Positions 55,910 through 64,000 of a stretch of DNA of 64,000 nucleotides are shown here, in pieces. Location: NCBI RefSeq assembly GCF_009914755.1, contig NC_060935.1, one strand, 5' to 3'. The stretch's first letter is position 1. Every line of letters begins with the position of its first letter. The stretch is from the human T2T-CHM13v2.0 reference genome, Homo sapiens. Made by a program: the position numbers and the translations under genes. Under the pieces are notes generated by a model. It did no database searches, was not told the DNA's origin, and saw nothing but the letters and a program-made list of their open reading frames with translations.

Positions 55910-56340
55910 TGTCGCAGGTAGCCACTATCTGGGGCCAGTGTTGTGCAGGCAGTAAAAAGAATTTACGAGGACAGTTGTAGGTAAAGAAAGGCAGATTTAT
56001 TAGAGAAAGTATGAAAAGACATTGCAAGGGTACAATGGGCAGGTCAGCAAGAGAGGAGCTGACTACAAAGAGACAAAGGCTTGCTGGGGATTTTATAGGA
56101 TGGTGCTTGTGCTGTGTACTGAAGAGGGCTTTGTGCAGTGCTGATAATGCCAAGGTTGCAGTCAGCTATCAGCCAAGGGACTGGTGATAGCTGGGCACAG
56201 GAAGATTGTGAGTTATTTGCACAGGAGGGCTATGTGTCCTGGGCCACAAAGAAAGGTAGACTTACAGTTTATCTGCTTTTTCTTTTTGCTTTCCTTCAAT
56301 CCCACCAGTCTGACTCCTTTTGCCTAATTAGGACTCTACA
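55910..56340 (-). mobile_element. Solo LTR (family uncertain) inserted in an antisense old L1 (55330-56880)
   Basis: TGT...ACA termini, direct repeat GAAAG on both sides, and a minus-strand AATAAA (TTTATT ~55996). Confidence 0.75.
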
Positions 56341-57225
56341 GAAAGTGCCTATTCAAGTCTCTGGCCTAGTTTCAAATTGGATTGCCTATCTTTTTTTATT
56401 ATTATGATTTCTAAGGGCTGTTGACATATTCTGGATTTGAGCTCTTTAAGAATTATAAATATTATGTAAGTATCTTTTCTCATTCTATGGTTTGCCTTTT
56501 CACTCTCCGAATAATGTTTTTTGATTAACAGTTCCTAATTTTAACACAGTCCAACTCATCAACATTTTCTTTAATGGTTAGTGCTTTTCATGTCTTTTTC
56601 AAGAAATGTTTGTCTTCCCCCAAGGTTGCGAAGATATTCTCCAATACAATCTTCTTAAAGCTTTATCGTTTTACCCCTCACATTAAGCATATAATCTACC
56701 TGGAATTGATTTGTATGTTGTGAGATGGAGTCAAGTTTCACTTTTTTACAATGGAATACCTGATTGACCCATTACTTTCCCCACTTCTTTACGGAGACAT
56801 CTTTGTCGTGAATAAAATGTCCAGATTCATGTGGACCTGTTTCTGGATTCTCAATTCTGACTCATTAGTCTATTGACCTTTCCCTAATTTCATATTGTAC
56901 TTTTATTATAAGTATCATCATCCCCATTTTACAAATGAGGAAACTAAGGCACAGAGAGGTTAATTAGCTCGCCCAATTAAGTAATTTGCTAGTTAATGTC
57001 AGATCTGGAAATGGAACCCAGGGAGTTTAGTTTTACGGTCTGTGCTCTCAATAAGCTTTACTGCTTCTCAAGCTTAACAGTTCCAAGAACAAACATTTTA
57101 CGTCACTACATCAAAATAGGCTTTTGCGTGAAGCCTTGGGAACAGGCATGCCACCTCTGCCACCCTGGATTGGTCCTGGTGTTCCCCGCCCAGCCGCAAA
57201 CCGAACCGCCGCTGTCCCAGTCCTA

Positions 57226-57239
57226 CCACTAGAGGGCGC
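57226..57239 (+). promoter_or_regulatory. CTCF consensus site in a small CpG-rich element (57100-57330)
   Basis: CCACTAGAGGGCGC matches the CCASYAGRKGGCRS core exactly; upstream-module-like CGCTGTCCC lies 7 bp 5'. Confidence 0.75.
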
Positions 57240-57339
57240 GGATAACTTAAACTGGCCGGGGACTTCCCTCCCGCCGCGCCTGGTTACCTTCAGCCAATCA
57301 TCAAATATTTACCCAAAGCGCAGTTCAAAGCCAAAGTAG

Positions 57340-57775
57340 AAAGTTGTCTAATCCAGTCTCCATGCAGGACATTAACAAAAAGAGACAAAACAGGACTGAT
57401 CTATCTGCGTAAGTATCTTCGGGGGAGAAAGACGCCACTCAGTTCCTGGCTAATTCATCTCATCCTTAAAGCACCTTATCCTAAGTCTCTCCAATCTTTC
57501 ACTCTTCCTAGTGTAAACTAGGTTGTTTGGCATCCTCATGACAACCACTCTTTGGAGGTACTTTTTACAAGGTGTACACTAGAGTGCATTATTATGAGAT
57601 CAAAAATTAGCTTTTATTTCTCTCGAAGAGACAATAGTACCCCATTACATTTCACTTCCTTAGCAATGTACAGGTTTCTTTGGTCTCTGTCCAATTTCTC
57701 TGTGTCCCTTTTAAAGTGTAAAAACCCAAAGTGGACTTTGCACTCTAGTATTCTATCTAGTGTCAGATTTACTTC
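57340..57775 (-). mobile_element. CR1/L3 LINE remnant
   Basis: Minus-strand translation RILECKVHFGFLHFKRDTEKLDRDQR resembles the CR1 ORF2 C-terminal motif (LEYCVQFW..HFKKD.EKLERVQR). Confidence 0.6.
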
Positions 57776-57782
57776 CCGATTC

Positions 57783-58066
57783 TTTTTTTTTTTTTTCCGA
57801 AGTCTCACTTCGTCACTCAGACTGAAGTCTGGTGGCGTGATCTTGGTTCACTGTAATCTCCACCTCCCGGGTTCAAGTAATTCTGCTGCCTCAGCCTCCT
57901 GAGTAGCTGGGATTACAGGCACGCGCCACCACACCTGGCTACTTTTTGTATTTTTAGTAGAGACGGGGCTTCACCATGTTGGCCAATCAATTCCTGACCT
58001 CAAATGATCCTCCTGCCTCGGCCTCCCAAAGTGCTGGGATTACAGGCGTGAGCCACCGCACCCACC
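57783..58066 (-). mobile_element. AluS
   Basis: Antisense Alu; TSD TACTTCCCGATTCTT. Confidence 0.9.
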
Positions 58067-58240
58067 CTACTTCCCGATTCTTGAATGTTACACTGTTAAT
58101 ATACTGAAGCAATATGCAATTATTCAATGAAGTATTAATAGTTCATCTTTATCAACTTGACAACACAAACCACAAAAAAACAAAAAAGTAATGATGCAGC
58201 AATATACAACATGCTTAATATTTTAAGTTTTAAAAAAGCT

Positions 58241-58925
<685 letters not shown>

Positions 58926-61126
58926 TTAAAGTTTTAAAACTTAGATGTTTGTGGACAAAGTCTAGAAGGCAACATGAAGATAAGAAATAATTGATTTGTT
59001 AGGTTTTGGGAACTGAGGTTGATTACTTGTTTTTTCATTATTGGCAAAATTTCAAGGACTTTAAAAAAATAAGTAAAATATTTTATGTAGTCAGCAACTT
59101 ATGGAGCCCACATTACATGTAAGACCCAGGGCTGAGCATTACAAGGAAGACAAAACCAGACACAGGTCCTGCTGTTCAGAATAACAGTAGCTGACACAGT
59201 ACAAATGCTTACTATATCCTAAGTGCTATTATCACCCTATTGCAAAGATTAAGAAAGTGAGGAACAGAGAGGTTAACTAGCTTATCCAAGGTCACAGAGA
59301 ATAAAAGCAGAACTAGAATTTGAACTCAGCAACTCCAATGTGCAAAGCCTCAGGTTTAACCATTACATCACACTGCCTCTCATGATAGCTTAATAAGAGA
59401 GCGAGGGGAGGGGAGGGAAGTGACTTTTGATCATTCAACAAATGTTTTTTGAGCACCTACTATATGTTAGGTACCAGAGTACCAGCTGAGAAGACACTGA
59501 AAAGTAAGACAAGCACAGTCCCTGCCTCACAGAGCTCACGGAATACAGATATAGCATTATGGGAATTTAGAGGAGAAAAAGGGAAGAGGACCCATCTCTG
59601 AGGTTAAGGGAGAACCACCTCCTTACACTCTGTTTCATTCCTAGCAAAGCACCAACCTTGTGGAGAGAAGAGGGCATAGGAGAGGGGGAACACAAAACCT
59701 TAAAATAAAAGTAATGAAAGATTGCATCGATTTATTCAGCAAGAATTTGGAAAGGAAATTCAAAAATAAGGAAAGGGTCAGGTAAGCGGACTAGGATAAA
59801 CCTTTAAGAGCCTGCCAATATGAGACTCTAGTTCAATTTTTACTCAAATAATCCTTGAGCGTTAGGTGCCAAGCCCTGAGCTAGACTTCAGACATACAAC
59901 TGTATGTAAATAAGCCACAGCCCCTGCTCTCCAGGAGTTTATACTCTAATGGGGCAGAAAGACTTTTAAGCAAGAAATTTCAGTATTGTGTGCCAAGACA
60001 AGTGACCAAAAAGAAGCACAGAATAAGATGGGGCACTATTCAGGTTGGGATCAGACAGCAAGAAGGTGACATCTATACTGAACAATGATACAGAGCAAAC
60101 TGGAGTTAGAAACAAAGATGGAAGAGGGAGTGTGATCTAGACTGCTGGAACAGCTCGTGAAAAGCCCTGGAAATGACAGAGAATGCCTAGGATTGCAGTG
60201 ACACTGGTTTAGAGAGTGGTGCCAATTAATGCCACTAAATTGCAGACTAAATTACTAAATGCTTTCATCACTCTGTCCCAGGTCCAGGAAGGGTTCCAAG
60301 CATGGGCTCAACCTAGGGTCAAGTTGAAACAGACTGTTTTCCACCTGATAACCCCAAAGCTGCAGCTTGACTAAGCCGTCTTAGCCCAAGAGGGTTCCAC
60401 CTGGCGTCCCAGAAGAATGGGGACAGTGTCCTCCACATCTCTGAACCCTACCCGGAATCCAGTACAGTGCTTTGCACACACTGGATCTACTAAACAGACT
60501 AAAAGAAAATAAATTCATCTGATGGCATAATTACTATCTCAATTCAAGTCCCCCACATTCCCAGTCCTTACTCCCAAATCCTCTACTGCTGCATATTAGG
60601 GCACTCCTTCCCCGTCCTTAGACTCTGCCACTTGGAATTACCAAGGATCTTCGCACAAAGAGAAGTATAGCTTCGTGGATAAAAGCAGAAATTTCGAAAT
60701 CAGAATAATCTGGGTGAAATCCTCTTAGCAGCTTTATGATATTGAATAAGTCACTCAACCTGCGGCACCCTCCGTTTTCTTCATCTGTGAAACGAAAACA
60801 ACAGCAGCTTTTTCACTGGGGTTCGCTAAATGAATGTAACTGGGCTGAGTTGAGAATAGTAAATGAGACCGTCTACGTAAGGAGATGATCATGTCTCTTG
60901 CCATATAAAGTGCACTTAATAAATGGCAGCTGTAGTAGAATGATGTAGATGGTGATGGTGACGATGTTGGTGATAATAGGAAGGTCAGCTGTCAGTCTTG
61001 CAAGTCACTGGCTGTAGTCACAGCAACCCCTACCAGCCCAGGCAGCTTCTTCTAGAAGCAGGCCCTGAACAGGACGTGGGTAAGAGATCCGCTGTCCCTT
61101 GAGACTTGGCCTACTCCCGGCACTCC

Positions 61127-61163
61127 GCGGACAGCCCCAGCCTGCGGACAGCCCCAGCCTGCG
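61127..61163 (+). repeat. 17-bp perfect tandem duplication GCGGACAGCCCCAGCCT
   Basis: Copies at 61127-61143 and 61144-61160, followed by GCG. Confidence 0.95.
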
Positions 61164-61175
61164 TCACTTGTCCGC

Positions 61176-61207
61176 ATGCCAGCTCCACCCGGGCGGACCC
61201 ACACATG
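61176..61207 (+). CDS. CRY2: CRY2 alternative first coding exon (MPAPPGRTHT-W)
   Basis: ATG CCA GCT CCA CCC GGG CGG ACC CAC ACA TG|GTAGGA. Phase 2, the same as the main exon 1, so in frame with exon 2. Matches my recollection of the short CRY2 isoform. Confidence 0.65.
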
Positions 61208-61417
61208 GTAGGAACGTGAGGGGGCGGGGCCTGTTCCGGCGCCTCTGGGCCAATCGCCAGGTGGAAGGCACTCAGCCAATGGCAGAGGGGCTCTGGGGCC
61301 CTGTGGGCGGGGACTAAGGGTGGAGTTGCGGCGTCATAGGTCACTGGGCGGGCTATGGGCGGGGTCCACGTCGCCTACCGGGGCGGAGCGGGGGTGGCTG
61401 GAGCAGTCTGGACAGTC

Positions 61418-61632
61418 ATGGCGGCGACTGTGGCGACGGCGGCAGCTGTGGCCCCGGCGCCAGCGCCCGGCACGGACAGCGCCTCTTCGGTGCACTGGTT
61501 CCGCAAAGGGCTGCGACTCCACGACAACCCGGCGTTGCTGGCGGCCGTGCGCGGGGCGCGCTGCGTGCGCTGCGTTTACATTCTCGACCCGTGGTTCGCG
61601 GCCTCCTCCTCAGTCGGGATCAACCGATGGAG
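61418..61632 (+). CDS. CRY2: CRY2 cryptochrome-2 coding exon 1 (gene continues beyond the window)
   Basis: [72 protein letters not shown] is the photolyase/cryptochrome N-terminal signature. Donor TGG AG|GTGAGG at 61632/61633. In-frame upstream ATG at 61355. Confidence 0.97.
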
Positions 61633-63549
61633 GTGAGGGGACCCGGGGCTGGGTGGCGGGGACGCAGCCAGGACCCTGACCCTGGGGTGACCGGCGAACA
61701 GCACGATCCCCCCAACCCCGCCACGGCTGGAAGGCCAGAGGGGAGAAGCCGAGACCGGGGAAGTAATTCGTCATGGTCCTAACGCGCCGGTGGGCCAGGG
61801 TTCAGCCTCTGACAAAGCGCGTTCGCACTGTTACCCCTTTGAGCCTCACAACTGCCTGTGGAACGGAGATCATGATCCCCGTTGTACAGATGAGACCCTT
61901 GAGCCCTGGAGACCCAAAGTCGACCTGCCCAAGGACTTGTAGCCAGTGAGTGGCAGAACAGGGGCTCCTGGTCTAGGGCTCTTACGGTCTACTCAGGGAG
62001 GGGCGGAAGGGAGATAACGTAGTGTGAGGGCGGGACGGGTTTTTGCTCGCATTCTTCAAGAGCCCGTTGCTGGGCTCGGGGAGATCACTCCGAAGCCTCT
62101 GGCTCGTTTGAATCCGCCCTACCACCCATCCTGGCTACCCTGCACCCAGACCGTCCTGCCTCTAGGGGTGTCAAGTGACCCTGGCTTAGCATTAAATAAG
62201 GTCTTCTCCCCTATATTATAAATAAAGAAGCCAAAGGCGTCTTCAGGTGGAGTCGCTTTATGTTCAAAGCTCCAGAGAATCCAGGGGATTCTCCAAAATG
62301 TTTTAAGCCCTGCTCTGGAGCTTTGACCTCGATAGAAAAATTTAAAAGAATCCAAAGTGTCACCCCGTCATCCTCTTGTCATGATTTTAGAGGACAGTAG
62401 AGCCATTAGAGATGAGACTTTTATGAACTGTTGTGGTAAGGTTAGGGAGCAGGAAAGCCATGATATCAAGGGCCCCTCTGATGACCCCCCAGGAGATGGA
62501 GTCGACATGATCATGGAAAAAGATGAACAGGTCGTTAGTGTATTTTCACTGTAAACAGTATTCAAACTAAAGAGTTTTGAGACATAATGTACCCATCGCT
62601 CTTCAGAACACCTAGTGGCAGTCGCTCGGTTTGTTTGCATTGTTCTGGGGAATGTTTGCTTGTGGCCTTGTTGCATCGATGGACAGGGTTATTTCCAGGA
62701 TACCGTGGCTCTCGGCACACCATTCTTTTCTCTCCAAGGTGTGTGCCCTGCTAAGAGAGTGAGTGCTGCTAGCAGTGGGCCTGTTCAGTGTCCCCTCCTG
62801 CCCAGAAGGAACAACTAAGGAGTCCTGTGGAGAGCCTGCCCACAGTTTTCAGGCTGCCTTATTGCTCTGTCTCTGCTCCAGTTTTCTACAGATAGGAGGT
62901 TGGGTTTGACAAGCATCATCAAATGACCATCCCTAGTGTGCACATTAAGCCAAGCCTCAGACTTTGCCCTGCACCAGTCGGAGCCAGGCAAATGGAATCC
63001 GACTACCTTCTTGTTACATTGTCACAGAGTTTCTTCTTTTATTGGGTTTTGGGGGACATTGCATAGTACTGCCTACTCTTTTTTGATAGGGAAGATTAAA
63101 AATCAACAATAAAATTCCCGTTGATTAAACTCCAGTTTGCTAGGAACCAGGTGTTTATGGATTTTTGTGGGTCATCATTTTGTGATCGTGCTATCAATCT
63201 AGTGAAGAAGAAAAGGAATGTGGCTCAGATGCCTGAGTCAAATCCTGAAGTCAGAGGCTGTGTAAGAATGCAGATATTAATTGATCACTTAATAAGTGCC
63301 TAATATCTGCCAGGTACTGCTCTAGATGTTGCTAGGGATACAGCAGTGAATAAGCAGATGTGTCTGTGCTCCAGAACTCCTGGAGCCTACATTTTACCAA
63401 CAAACAACCATAATTTAGTGAAACGAAGTGCCATGAGAAACATAAGTTAAGGGGACAGACTAGAGCAGTGGTTCTCAATCTTGGCTGCTGTGCATTGGAA
63501 TCCCATAAGGGTCTTTAAAAGATACCTGGGCCCCTTTCCCCCAATTCTA

Positions 63550-64000
<451 letters not shown>

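Larger units (their letters stand above)
61070..62120 (+). promoter_or_regulatory. CRY2: CRY2 CpG-island promoter
   Basis: CpG-rich. CCAAT boxes at 61250 and 61276, GC boxes at 61221, 61305 and 61346, and non-canonical E-boxes CACATG (61202) and AACGTG (61213). Confidence 0.85.

Noticed and set aside
60873-60880. D-box-like CTACGTAA upstream of CRY2
   Set aside because: One mismatch to TTAYGTAA and within MIR-like sequence; not distinguishable from chance.

Overview
This is human genomic DNA, recognisable from its two genes as the SLC35C1-CRY2 interval (chr11p11.2). It contains the complete two-exon CDS of SLC35C1 (Golgi GDP-fucose transporter, 364 aa; 19768-20302 + 24742-25301), with its CpG-island promoter and 3' UTR, and the promoter and first coding exon(s) of CRY2 (cryptochrome 2; ~61.1-61.6 kb). 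The rest is mostly interspersed repeats: about 40 Alus, a 3.3-kb 5'-truncated L1PA with a 17-bp TSD, older L1/CR1 fragments, solo LTRs and MER DNA transposons. Almost all other ORF-track entries are repeat-derived or GC-rich noise. The most unusual item is a 145-bp antisense 18S rRNA fragment (40535-40679) that replaces the middle of an Alu, joined by microhomologies. One end falls at the RT-blocking m1acp3Psi1248 position, which suggests RNA-templated repair from mature rRNA. Also notable: a strong-Kozak uORF whose stop overlaps the SLC35C1 start codon, a 36-bp 3' UTR duplication giving twin miR-30 8mer sites, a palindromic AT-rich VNTR, and a consensus CTCF site upstream of CRY2. I see no new multi-gene system. 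Repeat subfamily names and rRNA numbering are from memory, and repeat boundaries are approximate.
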